Shown: positions 8,981-20,724 of the stretch, one piece after another | Position numbering within the stretch: the first letter of the stretch is position 1 | Layout of the letters: every line of letters starts with the position of its first letter | Assembly: GCA_963777505.1 (NCBI GenBank) | Contig: CAVZQN010000008.1 | Location: forward strand, 352,001 to 416,000 | Source: an uncultured bacterium | GTDB lineage: Bacteria > Acidobacteriota > HRBIN11 > JAKEFK01 | Length of the DNA stretch: 64,000 nt | Direction: 5' to 3' | Notes under the pieces: generated by a model | Told to the model about the DNA's origin: nothing | Databases searched by the model: none | What the model saw: only the letters and a program-made list of their open reading frames with translations | Translations under genes and position numbers: made by a program

Positions 8981-10381
8981 CTATTCTCGATTTGTGGCTT
9001 GGTTTTTGAATACCGACAATCGGTGCTTTTTTAGAATCGGAATGGATTGCCGGATGAAGTCGGTATCCGGGAACAGTCTTTCCAACAATTGCTCATCTTG
9101 CATCCGATACAACTCACTGCGAGCTGGGGTCAGATAACCATGAAGCTTAACTGCATAAAGTGCGCCATAGATAGAATTTATGAAGATCAGAAACATTATT
9201 GTTCCACTGCAAAAACGAGTCCATCTTTTACTCTTCAACGTTACGTTAGACAGTTTCAGCAAAACCAGTAACGAAATCCAAAAGAGACTGGAGATCGTCA
9301 CATACCGCAGGTTAAGTGCGCTTTCAATTCCCATCGCAGATCGTCCCAGTGCACTCACTGAAGCTGTAAGAAGCACATACATTGAAAGCGCGAACAAAGA
9401 AATCAAAGAGCTATTCTTTCTTATTGACTTCGACTGATGAAGAAAATAGAAAAATATTCCAATGCCTATAGCACCAGCAAACGAAGAGGCATTACGGGGA
9501 AACCAAAATAGAAATTCTGGCAACGAAAGACCCTGTTGAGAAAGCCAATTTGCAACTGTTTCTGTTTTCTTAGTGAATGCAAAAAGAGGAGCGCCGGTGT
9601 ATGCAAGAACGTAATTGAACGCTTGCATTGGCCGCTGAAGAAAACTCCAAATTGATGGATGGTGGGAAGGACTCTCATAACCTGTGAAGTACAGTGCTAT
9701 AGAAACAGTTGAGATAAGCAGCCAAAACGCCAGAAGATTCCAACCTTTTCCAAAGTGTCTTATTCGTATATAGAGTATCCAGACTCCCAGCGGCCATAAC
9801 AATAAACCGTTCGCAAAAGTAAATGTAGCAATTAGGCCGAGAAAGGCAGCCAATATAGTTCGCTTCCAATTCAGTTGATGAGTTCCAAGAAATATCAATG
9901 CCCAGGTTACAGCAGCAATGTTCAAGAAAATTTGAATGTTATAACCATTGAACCAGCTTTCGGATTGATGAAGACCGAAAATGATAAATGAGATAGCAGG
10001 AATCAGGCCCAAGAGACTCGCTGAAAACTCTATCTCTGCTTTTTTCAGCAAAAAGATAATGCCAAGAAATGTAACCGACGCAATTACGAAATTTGTCAGC
10101 AGTTCATAGAGAGTGGTCCAATGAGATAGCTGGGCAAGAACGATTAAAATCAAGCGTGAAAAAAACGGTCTGTGTTCATTATGTAATACCCAAAGATCCT
10201 TTACTGTGAGTGTGCCGTTGTAGGCTTTGTCGAGCAGTGAAACGAGTTCCCACTGGTCGGCAACAGGCGCTTCGATCCTGTACTTCAAAAGAAAGAAAAT
10301 TAGAATGATTGGTGGAATGGCTGCCAATATTATGATCAGCTTCTTTCGAGGTGATTGTGAATGATTGCCGGTGGAATTCAT
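8981..10381 (-). CDS. Polytopic membrane protein, GT-C-like glycosyltransferase candidate
   Basis: DQWE and HNEHR motifs in first loop; about 10 TM helices; TAATG coupling places the start at 10381. Confidence 0.65.
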   Translation of the reverse strand: MNSTGNHSQSPRKKLIIILAAIPPIILIFFLLKYRIEAPVADQWELVSLLDKAYNGTLTVKDLWVLHNEHRPFFSRLILIVLAQLSHWTTLYELLTNFVIASVTFLGIIFLLKKAEIEFSASLLGLIPAISFIIFGLHQSESWFNGYNIQIFLNIAAVTWALIFLGTHQLNWKRTILAAFLGLIATFTFANGLLLWPLGVWILYIRIRHFGKGWNLLAFWLLISTVSIALYFTGYESPSHHPSIWSFLQRPMQAFNYVLAYTGAPLFAFTKKTETVANWLSQQGLSLPEFLFWFPRNASSFAGAIGIGIFFYFLHQSKSIRKNSSLISLFALSMYVLLTASVSALGRSAMGIESALNLRYVTISSLFWISLLVLLKLSNVTLKSKRWTRFCSGTIMFLIFINSIYGALYAVKLHGYLTPARSELYRMQDEQLLERLFPDTDFIRQSIPILKKHRLSVFKNQATNRE

Positions 10382-11412
10382 TAAGATAAATACCGTTTGT
10401 AGACTTCCAGCAATCTCGGAAACCAAACGTGTTTTGAATACTGATTCACAACAGTGTTGCGTGCCGCAATTCCCATACTTTTTCGAAGTGCTGTGTTTTC
10501 AAGAAGTAATTTCAGTTTGCTTTTCCATTCATCTGGAGTTGCTGCCACAAATCCATTGATTCCATCTTCAATCACTTTTGTATTCACACCAATAGCCGTA
10601 GCAATTCCAGGAATGCCGGCAGCCATGTATTGCAAAAGTTTCATTGCGCATTTTCCTTTGCTCCATTCATCAATCCGCAATGGCATAAGTCCAATATCAA
10701 ATGAAGCGATTTGTTCAGATTCGCGCTCAGAATCCCATTTTTCAAAACGGTAAGGAACTGGAAAACTGCGGGGCGGTGACCCACTCAGAATTACAAACTC
10801 AGTTGGATAATGCTGTAATGCGTCCTTCAACACTGCGGCAATCTCATGCAAATACTTGAAATTATATTCGAGGCCTGACCAGCCAATAACAATCTTGTCT
10901 TGTGTCTCACGATCTAAAGGCTTGAACAGATTGGTATCAATTGTCGTTGGAATTACTTCCACATTTCTTTGAAATTGAAGAATGAACCTTTCCAGTATTT
11001 CGTTTCCAGCGACTACCCCCGAGGCTGCCTGAAACAATTTGGGAAGTTTTTCAGGGTGAGTTAAATAAATTGCATCGTCTATTTCAAGCAGAAATTTTCG
11101 TGGCAAGAATTGCTTTTCCAACACAAAGGGAAGATAAGGAAAAAGCTGTTGTTCAATAACGATCAAATCGGCATCGCTATTTCTCAAATGAAACAGCCGG
11201 TCTGCAAATCTTGAGATTGAATATGTAGATTTTCGCAGGACCCTCCGGGCTGAGATGGGATCACGGAGCGCTGAAAAATACTCTTCTTCAAAAAGTGGAA
11301 ATATCTCGAAGCTCCATCCAGCTTTACGAAAATCTTTTTGATACTGGTAAGCACGATAGCGGCTGCTCGGGCCGAGAAAAGAATATTTCGAATAGTAATG
11401 AACTCGGGTCAT
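10381..11412 (-). CDS. Glycosyltransferase family 4
   Basis: SSRYR, EIDDAI and DIGLMPL...GKCAMKLLQYMAAGIP motifs. Confidence 0.88.
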   Translation of the reverse strand: MTRVHYYSKYSFLGPSSRYRAYQYQKDFRKAGWSFEIFPLFEEEYFSALRDPISARRVLRKSTYSISRFADRLFHLRNSDADLIVIEQQLFPYLPFVLEKQFLPRKFLLEIDDAIYLTHPEKLPKLFQAASGVVAGNEILERFILQFQRNVEVIPTTIDTNLFKPLDRETQDKIVIGWSGLEYNFKYLHEIAAVLKDALQHYPTEFVILSGSPPRSFPVPYRFEKWDSERESEQIASFDIGLMPLRIDEWSKGKCAMKLLQYMAAGIPGIATAIGVNTKVIEDGINGFVAATPDEWKSKLKLLLENTALRKSMGIAARNTVVNQYSKHVWFPRLLEVYKRYLS

Positions 11413-13037
11413 GTGCGAATACGAAATGCTCCATTTGCGACGCTTAGATTCGGACTGTAATATGGATCTCCTGACTCAATTCGATTTTTCCAACGTTCAA
11501 GAAAATATTTCGACTCTGAAGAAAGTCTTTCCTGTCTTTCAACTGTTGCCTCATAGCCGCGGCTGGCTGATTCATCGTGAAAGAGTTCAGCATGTGGAGT
11601 CCAAACAACCCTGTAGCCGCGATCACGAAATCTTAGACATAAATCGACATCGTTATAAGCGAGCGCTAAATTCTCATCAAACCCGCCTAATTCTAAAAAC
11701 ACTTTTCTGCGGACCATCATGCATGCAGCAGTTACTGCACTAAAATTTTGCACAGACTTCAGACGCCCCCGATAACCCTCGGAATCACCGGGCCAGCCAT
11801 GATGCGCATGTACAGCGATTTCAGGAATTCCAACAAGAATTCCCGCATGCTGAATTGTTCCATCACGATACAACAATTTCGCACCAGCAGCGCCAATGTC
11901 ATCCGTGCAACAATATTTGAGCATTTCTTCAAGCCAGTTGGATGTGATCACTTCAGTATCATCGTTCAAAAAAACGATGTAATCCGAATCTGTCTTCGAG
12001 ACAGCAAAATTATTGATCGCTGAAAAGTTAAACGGATGATCATAATCAATAACGCGAATTCGTGGATCTCTTTTGCATTCTTCAAAGTACCGCAGAGTTT
12101 CCTGATGCGAACTCTGGTTGTTAATGATAACAACATCGAATGTTGGATATGCTGTTTTGTCCAAAATCGAGTTGATCGCAGATGAGAGTCTAACCTTCTG
12201 ATCGCGAGTGGGAATCAAAATAGAAATAGATGATTGGTCGGAATGTGTGCTCGGTTTCGAAGCGTCGTAGTTTGGACGGACGCCAAAATGATAAAGCACT
12301 TTGGGAATTCTTACCGCTTGGACTTTAGTGTTAGACAATTCCGCAAGCCATGAACGTTCATCGTTCCAAAACTTCTGAGTCTTTGCGAGATCGGCTCGAT
12401 AGAGCGCCAATCTTCCTGTATAGGGAGAATTTTGCAGAAATTCTGGTGACCAATCAGGCTTGAAATAGGGTTCCACCCTTACATTTGCTCCATTGATCCA
12501 ATCATGATCGGAATAAATGAAGTCCAGATTCGATCGCCCTTCCAATAACTTCACAACTTCGGCCAATGCAAAGGAAGATAAGCTGTCACCTTGCGAAACA
12601 GGAGCAATCCACTTCCCCGCAACTTTATTTTGTAATTCCTTATCAGCGCTCCGGATACGATCATCAAAATCAATCTTGGAAAGCACAGCTGGATTGTCGC
12701 ATTCAATCAATATTTCCCAACGCTCATATAACTGATGGCGAATCGACTCTAATGTTCGTGAGACAAGCACAGCATCAGATGCATTTCGCAGAGTGAAAGT
12801 AACTAGAGGAGTATCCTTTAAGGAGACACACCAGTTTTTCATTTCTGCTAAGGAAGATTCATCTGGTTCATTCTTGCTAATCCATTTTTGATACAGCTCG
12901 TTTTCATCAACCGATTCGACGATTTTTAGTTTCCGTGTGAATGCGGAGAAAAAATCACGAAACCTGCCTGAACGAAGCAGAAAGATTGCGCGGGCCAGGG
13001 AAACGCGAAAGGAGTTTTGTCCAGAAGTAACGCTCAT
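11409..13037 (-). CDS. Glycosyltransferase family 2, tandem domain (O-antigen biosynthesis type)
   Basis: YSDHD, FKPDWSP, IPTRD, FNFSAINN, LNDD and NDVDLCLR motifs. Confidence 0.88.
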   Translation of the reverse strand: MSVTSGQNSFRVSLARAIFLLRSGRFRDFFSAFTRKLKIVESVDENELYQKWISKNEPDESSLAEMKNWCVSLKDTPLVTFTLRNASDAVLVSRTLESIRHQLYERWEILIECDNPAVLSKIDFDDRIRSADKELQNKVAGKWIAPVSQGDSLSSFALAEVVKLLEGRSNLDFIYSDHDWINGANVRVEPYFKPDWSPEFLQNSPYTGRLALYRADLAKTQKFWNDERSWLAELSNTKVQAVRIPKVLYHFGVRPNYDASKPSTHSDQSSISILIPTRDQKVRLSSAINSILDKTAYPTFDVVIINNQSSHQETLRYFEECKRDPRIRVIDYDHPFNFSAINNFAVSKTDSDYIVFLNDDTEVITSNWLEEMLKYCCTDDIGAAGAKLLYRDGTIQHAGILVGIPEIAVHAHHGWPGDSEGYRGRLKSVQNFSAVTAACMMVRRKVFLELGGFDENLALAYNDVDLCLRFRDRGYRVVWTPHAELFHDESASRGYEATVERQERLSSESKYFLERWKNRIESGDPYYSPNLSVANGAFRIRT

Positions 13038-13061
13038 GCCGTACAGATGGGATTCATTAAA

Positions 13062-13835
13062 TCAAACGGCGCGGGCGACTCCCATGACATTCCAGGTAGT
13101 TTCATCGGGATCATGATCAAATTGCGGAAAACCTCCAAGCCGGATCAACTCCAAACCGGATTGTTGAAGAAAGAGTGCAAGTTCTTGCTGAAAGAAAAAC
13201 CGCATGTTGTGTTCTTCAGTGATTTCTGCTGCAACTTTTCCATCTTCAATTTTCCAAAGATGATATTGAACCTTGCAAATATGAGCCGTAGTATTCAACT
13301 CGCCGGATGCCACTCGCAAAATTTTCCCTTGCGGTGTAGGAATCACCTTGAGTCTTTCGGATGGTTTATTTGTTAGGACAGCAGGACCATACCAAACATC
13401 AAACAATGCAATGCCACCAGTTTGTAAATGATGCCGGACTGTTTTTAATGCAGCAAGCACTTCATTATTTGTATTTTGATAACCGAGTACTGCGAATAGA
13501 ATCAATGCAGCATCAAATCGTTTGCCAAGATTTATGCTCCTGATATCTCCTTGAATAAATTGAACGTCAGCACCGGGAGCATGTTGCTGCAGTTTGTTTC
13601 TTGCTTGCTGCAGCATTTCATCATGCAAATCTACGCCTACTAAACTGTATCCGCGTGCAGCAAGTGGAATTGTGTGATTTCCCGTGCCGCATCCAAAATC
13701 AATCACGCTTTGAATCCGGGAGTGACCTTGAGTTTCAAAAATCCGCTCTACAAGAGCACACTCCGAAAGATAATCCTTATCCGAATAAAGCAAATCGTAA
13801 GCTTCGGCGTAACCTGAACCAAAAATCCTATTCAT
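13062..13835 (-). CDS. Class I SAM-dependent methyltransferase (sugar methyltransferase type)
   Basis: YDLLY..KDY; DFGCGTG motif I; within the glycan operon. Confidence 0.85.
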   Translation of the reverse strand: MNRIFGSGYAEAYDLLYSDKDYLSECALVERIFETQGHSRIQSVIDFGCGTGNHTIPLAARGYSLVGVDLHDEMLQQARNKLQQHAPGADVQFIQGDIRSINLGKRFDAALILFAVLGYQNTNNEVLAALKTVRHHLQTGGIALFDVWYGPAVLTNKPSERLKVIPTPQGKILRVASGELNTTAHICKVQYHLWKIEDGKVAAEITEEHNMRFFFQQELALFLQQSGLELIRLGGFPQFDHDPDETTWNVMGVARAV

Positions 13836-14956
13836 GACAATAGTTCCCGAACTGCGTCGCCAACCTGCTGCATTTGATCCATTGTTAACGCAAGACCCGA
13901 TGGAAGATATAATCCACGGCTCGCAAGTCGTTGCGCAACGGGATACTGTTCACCAACAAACAAGCCCTGCGAATGAAAGACTGGCTGTTCATGCATTCCA
14001 AGAAAAAATGGCCGTGTTTCAATTCCTTTTTTGTGAAGTGCTGACGCAAACTGTACCGCATTCATAGAAATAGAATCGGAAAGTACAATCCCATACATCC
14101 AGTAAACCGAATGTGCCCATTCTTCTTCAACAGGCAACTGTAATGCTGAAATATCTTTGAGTCTCTCAGTATAGTACGAAGCAATCGATCGTTTTTTCTT
14201 TATGATTTCATCCATTCGATCGATTTGAGCTACTCCAAGCGCTGCTTGCAGATTCGTGAGACGTAGGTTGTAACCAAGATCCTCATGAAAAAACCTTCGA
14301 GATGGCTGAAAGCAAAGATTCCTCAACGATCGCAATCGTTCAGCAAGATCTTCGCGGTCGGTTAAAATCATTCCGCCTTCACCAGTTGTAATCAATTTAT
14401 TTGCATAAAAACTGAAACAGCTCATTTCTCCAAAATTTCCGCACCGAATCCAGCGTTGTGCATGCTTGGAATGGAACTCTGCACCGTGTGCTTCAGCGGC
14501 ATCTTCAATGATGGCCAGGCCATGCTGTTCTGCAAGTTCCAAGAGAGGATCCATGTTAACTGGATGTCCATAAATGTGAACGGGCATGATCGCTTTCGTG
14601 CGTGCCGTAATGCGCCGTTTTACATGGTCAACATCCATGCACCATGTTCGCGGATCAGAATCCACAAGAACTGGCGTGGCTCCGCTATAAACAACGGCAG
14701 AAGCACACGAAATAATTGTGAAAGTAGGAAGAATGACTTCATCTCCGGTTTGAAGTCCTAGCGCTTCAACTGCAACTTGTAATGCAGCGCTCCCATTACA
14801 AACCGCGATACCAAATTTTCTTCCACAATATTCAGCCCATCGTTCTTCGAATGCTTCCAGGAATTTTCCGGCAGACGATACCCAACCGGACTGAATACAT
14901 TCTTCAACATTTTGAAGTTCACGTTTTCCCAACGAAGGTTCATTGACTGGAATCAC
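13832..14956 (-). CDS. DegT/DnrJ/EryC1/StrS aminotransferase, GDP-perosamine synthase-like
   Basis: IIEDAAEAHG; FSFYANKLITTGEGG containing the PLP lysine. Confidence 0.88.
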   Translation of the reverse strand: MIPVNEPSLGKRELQNVEECIQSGWVSSAGKFLEAFEERWAEYCGRKFGIAVCNGSAALQVAVEALGLQTGDEVILPTFTIISCASAVVYSGATPVLVDSDPRTWCMDVDHVKRRITARTKAIMPVHIYGHPVNMDPLLELAEQHGLAIIEDAAEAHGAEFHSKHAQRWIRCGNFGEMSCFSFYANKLITTGEGGMILTDREDLAERLRSLRNLCFQPSRRFFHEDLGYNLRLTNLQAALGVAQIDRMDEIIKKKRSIASYYTERLKDISALQLPVEEEWAHSVYWMYGIVLSDSISMNAVQFASALHKKGIETRPFFLGMHEQPVFHSQGLFVGEQYPVAQRLASRGLYLPSGLALTMDQMQQVGDAVRELLS

Positions 14957-14959
14957 GAA

Positions 14960-15361
14960 TTAGAACCTCACTTTCTCTTCCATTCCTGTATAAGGCCCCT
15001 GTTTAATTTCTAACAGTACCGTATCTTCCATCATCCGGAATCCGTGTCCGCCTGCAATCATCAATACAGTATCGCCCTGCCTGAGCTCCAATGATGTAAC
15101 AAGCTTTCGCTGATCATCATAAATATCCATCGTGCATTTTCCTTTTTTGATAAAAAGGATCTCGGTGGTACCGGTAATATTGCGTTCAATGGGCTTATGC
15201 ATATGCCGTATCACTTGCCCACCTGCAGGATAGACAACAAAGCCTAGCTGAAGATTAACCTCGGGAGGCGTCACAAAAGTAGTTTTATCGGGGCTCAGTT
15301 CGTTTCGAATCACATAAGCTAAGAGTTTTCCTTCCGAAAAGACTTTTTCAGATAAATCCAT
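14960..15361 (-). CDS. Cupin-fold protein in a sugar biosynthesis cluster
   Basis: RHMH...E...GGHGF...LEIKQGPY cupin motifs. Confidence 0.75.
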   Translation of the reverse strand: MDLSEKVFSEGKLLAYVIRNELSPDKTTFVTPPEVNLQLGFVVYPAGGQVIRHMHKPIERNITGTTEILFIKKGKCTMDIYDDQRKLVTSLELRQGDTVLMIAGGHGFRMMEDTVLLEIKQGPYTGMEEKVRF

Positions 15362-16657
15362 TTACCTCCTCCCTGCCAGATTCTGCTGGCGTGTCACACC
15401 TATAAGTTCCTTTGCTTCCAGAATCACATCGGTTAATCGATTCTGGAAGTCTTCAGGTGTATACGATGCTAATCTGTGTCTACCTTTTTCTGCAAGCCCA
15501 AGACTGTAATTCTCATCTGTCCATATTTTGCGGATCGCTTCCGCTATTTCTGTTTCGGATTTGGGATCTACGAGAGCGGCGCCGTCTCCTGCTTGTTCTC
15601 TAATTCCACGCATATTAGAAGTGATCACCGGACAACTATAAGCCCAGGCTTCAAGTACTGGAATATTCGTCGGACCATGAAACGTCGGCATCACCAGAGC
15701 CTCAGCCCCGGCGTAAAAAGCTCCAATATCTGCTTCGGGTAAATAACCAAAGTACTGAATCTGATCTACGATTCCATTATCTTCCGCAATCGTGGTCAGT
15801 TCCTCATATGTTTGTTTTCTGATTTGTCCTGCAAAGGATCCACATAAAACAATTGGAACAATCAAACGATATTCCTTTTTAAGAAATGCCAGAGCCTTGT
15901 AAATTCGAGCATGATTTTTATGCGGCCAGAATTGTGCTGGATAAAAAAGATATCGTTCAGGAAGTGAATAGAATTTCCGAACACGGTTGACTTCTTCCTC
16001 GGAAATTTTTGCAGGAAGATAACTGGCTGGTAGAAACGGCAACACCTTTACACGATCTGCAGTGACACCATAAGGACCATAAAAACGAAGGATGTCTTCT
16101 TTACCAACATCTGAATCCGCAAGAATGAAAGTTGCATAGCGAACTCCATTCCGAAATACATATTCACGCCACTGCACTTCATCATTTTGTGAATTTTCTG
16201 GAAATTCAGGCTGCAACAAATGCTGTAAATCATGGATCGCGATCACATAAGGGATTGCGGTTTCAAACGATAACGGATTTGCAGATGGATAAAGTACCAG
16301 ATCGATCCCCAGACTCGTGAGCCAATCACGCATTCGAGGTTTAGGCGTTATAGAATCCGGATCGGGAACTGTGAGTTGACTCCGATATTTTTCCCAGATT
16401 CCAAACAAGCCTTCCTCCCCGACTATTCTGCGAAGCATGCCTTTTGCGGCACGCTTTAACGAAAATGGCTTAGCCGGACGTATGCTCCATTGTTTCCCTG
16501 ATGGCAATAAATCAGGTTGTTCAATATCATCGGCAAAAATGATGAATTCATCTTCCTTTAACTTTGAAGAACGGCTGAGAGCCTGAAGGAGCGTCAGACT
16601 GTACTGATAGTGTCCCCCTCCCGAGCGGCTCAACACCGGAAAAATGCCTATCCGCAT
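15362..16657 (-). CDS. Glycosyltransferase family 4 (mannosyltransferase-like)
   Basis: IHDLQH, YPAQFWPHKNH and GPTNIPVLEA motifs. Confidence 0.88.
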   Translation of the reverse strand: MRIGIFPVLSRSGGGHYQYSLTLLQALSRSSKLKEDEFIIFADDIEQPDLLPSGKQWSIRPAKPFSLKRAAKGMLRRIVGEEGLFGIWEKYRSQLTVPDPDSITPKPRMRDWLTSLGIDLVLYPSANPLSFETAIPYVIAIHDLQHLLQPEFPENSQNDEVQWREYVFRNGVRYATFILADSDVGKEDILRFYGPYGVTADRVKVLPFLPASYLPAKISEEEVNRVRKFYSLPERYLFYPAQFWPHKNHARIYKALAFLKKEYRLIVPIVLCGSFAGQIRKQTYEELTTIAEDNGIVDQIQYFGYLPEADIGAFYAGAEALVMPTFHGPTNIPVLEAWAYSCPVITSNMRGIREQAGDGAALVDPKSETEIAEAIRKIWTDENYSLGLAEKGRHRLASYTPEDFQNRLTDVILEAKELIGVTRQQNLAGRR

Positions 16658-16742
16658 TGACGCTCACAAGACAAGCAGCGACAACCCATGCTTTTATTGT
16701 AGCAAAGCCATCGGATGCTCACAGGGTACAATAAGAACTTGT

Positions 16743-18674
16743 ATGCCGGCTTACGTTCTCGTGCTGTTCTATAGTGCGGTTGCACTATTCTTTCCAGACC
16801 GGTGGAACTACTTACTCGGCCTTTTACTCGCTCTTGTATTGTATCTGAGCGCCTTGTGTTTAGGGCGAAGGATAGCGTCCCATTTCTTACCATTACGTCA
16901 TGAAACCATCTTCTTCCCTCTTGGACTCGGAATTTATTTATTACTCGCATACGGAGCAGCTCTAATCTCCACGGGCTTTGTTAATTACTTTTGGATTCTG
17001 GGAGGGATCCTGGCACTTTTTGAATTAAGAATATTGTTCCGCAGACTACCCGTTCAATTTCTGTGGGCACTGCCTTTTGTATTGCTGGGATTTTGGAGCT
17101 CACTCACGCCCTCTGTCTTCTTCGATACTTTGGTTTATCACCTTGGACTGCCGATGCAAGATCTGGTGTCCGGAAAAATGCAAACCCTTCCACATAATTT
17201 GTTTTCTACATTTCCTCCATTTGAATTTGTTTTGAATCTTCTGTTTGTAAAGCTAAATGCTTTATCAGGCATTAAAGTTTTTTCCATCCTGCTTGTATTT
17301 CACATTATTTACCTGCTCGTTGATCTAACAGCTCAGTTGATGAAAGAAGAATCCAATCAAAATCTGAAAAGTGAATTCATTGTTCTGCCTTTATTATTTC
17401 TGGCCAGTATCTGGACTCAAGTCCATCTTGTTACGGCAGACTTGCTGGTTGCGATGTTTTTGATTTCTGCAATTACTTGCATGATCAAAAGTCGGCTTGC
17501 GATCGATTACAAACTTGTCATAGCTGTTGCCGTTCTCGCAGCGTGGGCCGGGTGGACTAAACCTACTGCGCTGCCGTATACGCTCTTACTAGCTGTGCTC
17601 TGGTTTCCACTAAACCTGGTGCGGCTGAATCTAAAGAAATTCGTTTTGCTTTTCGCAATCATTTTTCTTTTGATCTGTCCGCTGTTTATTCGAAATTTTG
17701 TTTCGACAGGTGATCCACTTTATCCGGCACTTTCCACAGCTCTCGAAAACCCAAACTGGTCAAGGGAGCAACAACTCGCCTGGGATGTGGATACAGCGCC
17801 CAAAGAAAACAGGATTCAGAGAATTTTTGTTGCCCCTTTTGAAATCATTTTCGCATCTTACAAGTATGGATCTGCAGCTGAAGTTGGAATCTTTTATTTG
17901 CTCGGTTTAATTTCGTATGCATTTTTCTGGAAAAAACATCCTCTTGGAAATCGAATTCTAGTTTTTTTGATTCTTTGTTATTTGGCATGGAGTTTTCTAT
18001 TTCGAGACTTCAGACAGTTTTTTCCTGTCTTTTTATTAATTCATATTCCATGTGCTTTGGCTCTTCACGATCTTTTTATTTATAAGAAATGGCTTCCTGC
18101 ACTCATTCTGGCCATATCTGCAATTTTTAGCGTTCAATTGTTACTTCCCGTTTTCAGACATCACATTCCACTGCTTCGTTTTGACCAGAACCAGGAAATG
18201 TATTTGAAAGAAAACTTAGATTACTATCCGCTGACTAAATGGAGTGAATCGGTCCAGGAAAATGGAAAAATGCTGATGTTAGGAGAAACGAGAGTAGCCT
18301 ATTTGAAGGTGCCGGTTGTAGCGACAACAGCGTTCGACAAACACCCCTTTTTCAAGTGGTTATCCCAGGCGTCCAACCCTCAAGACCTCTATAAACAATT
18401 CAGGGATTCAAATATCGAATTTATGATGGTGAACTGGCATGAATATGCACGCTTCGCCGAAAAATGTGGTCTCTTGCCGGTTGATCCTGTTCCTCCAGCA
18501 TTTCGCGATGTTTTCAAAAAAGGAAAAGCCAGGACCGGTGTTCCGTTAGCGCATTTGACGAAACAGCAAATGGAAGTACTTTCAGAATTTTCGAAAAACT
18601 GTTTGATACCGAAATGGAGAATGGGAGATCAATATCTTGTTTGGGAAGTGCGTTGTCAAGATTTACCGCGGTGA
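16743..18674 (+). CDS. Polytopic GT-C-like membrane protein (GT39/ArnT-like)
   Basis: PSVFFDTLVYHLGLP and RNFVSTGDPLYP motifs; many TM helices; start set at ATG 16743. Confidence 0.65.
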   Translation: MPAYVLVLFYSAVALFFPDRWNYLLGLLLALVLYLSALCLGRRIASHFLPLRHETIFFPLGLGIYLLLAYGAALISTGFVNYFWILGGILALFELRILFRRLPVQFLWALPFVLLGFWSSLTPSVFFDTLVYHLGLPMQDLVSGKMQTLPHNLFSTFPPFEFVLNLLFVKLNALSGIKVFSILLVFHIIYLLVDLTAQLMKEESNQNLKSEFIVLPLLFLASIWTQVHLVTADLLVAMFLISAITCMIKSRLAIDYKLVIAVAVLAAWAGWTKPTALPYTLLLAVLWFPLNLVRLNLKKFVLLFAIIFLLICPLFIRNFVSTGDPLYPALSTALENPNWSREQQLAWDVDTAPKENRIQRIFVAPFEIIFASYKYGSAAEVGIFYLLGLISYAFFWKKHPLGNRILVFLILCYLAWSFLFRDFRQFFPVFLLIHIPCALALHDLFIYKKWLPALILAISAIFSVQLLLPVFRHHIPLLRFDQNQEMYLKENLDYYPLTKWSESVQENGKMLMLGETRVAYLKVPVVATTAFDKHPFFKWLSQASNPQDLYKQFRDSNIEFMMVNWHEYARFAEKCGLLPVDPVPPAFRDVFKKGKARTGVPLAHLTKQQMEVLSEFSKNCLIPKWRMGDQYLVWEVRCQDLPR

Positions 18675-18680
18675 TAATTT

Positions 18681-20720
<2,040 letters not shown>

Positions 20721-20724
<4 letters not shown>

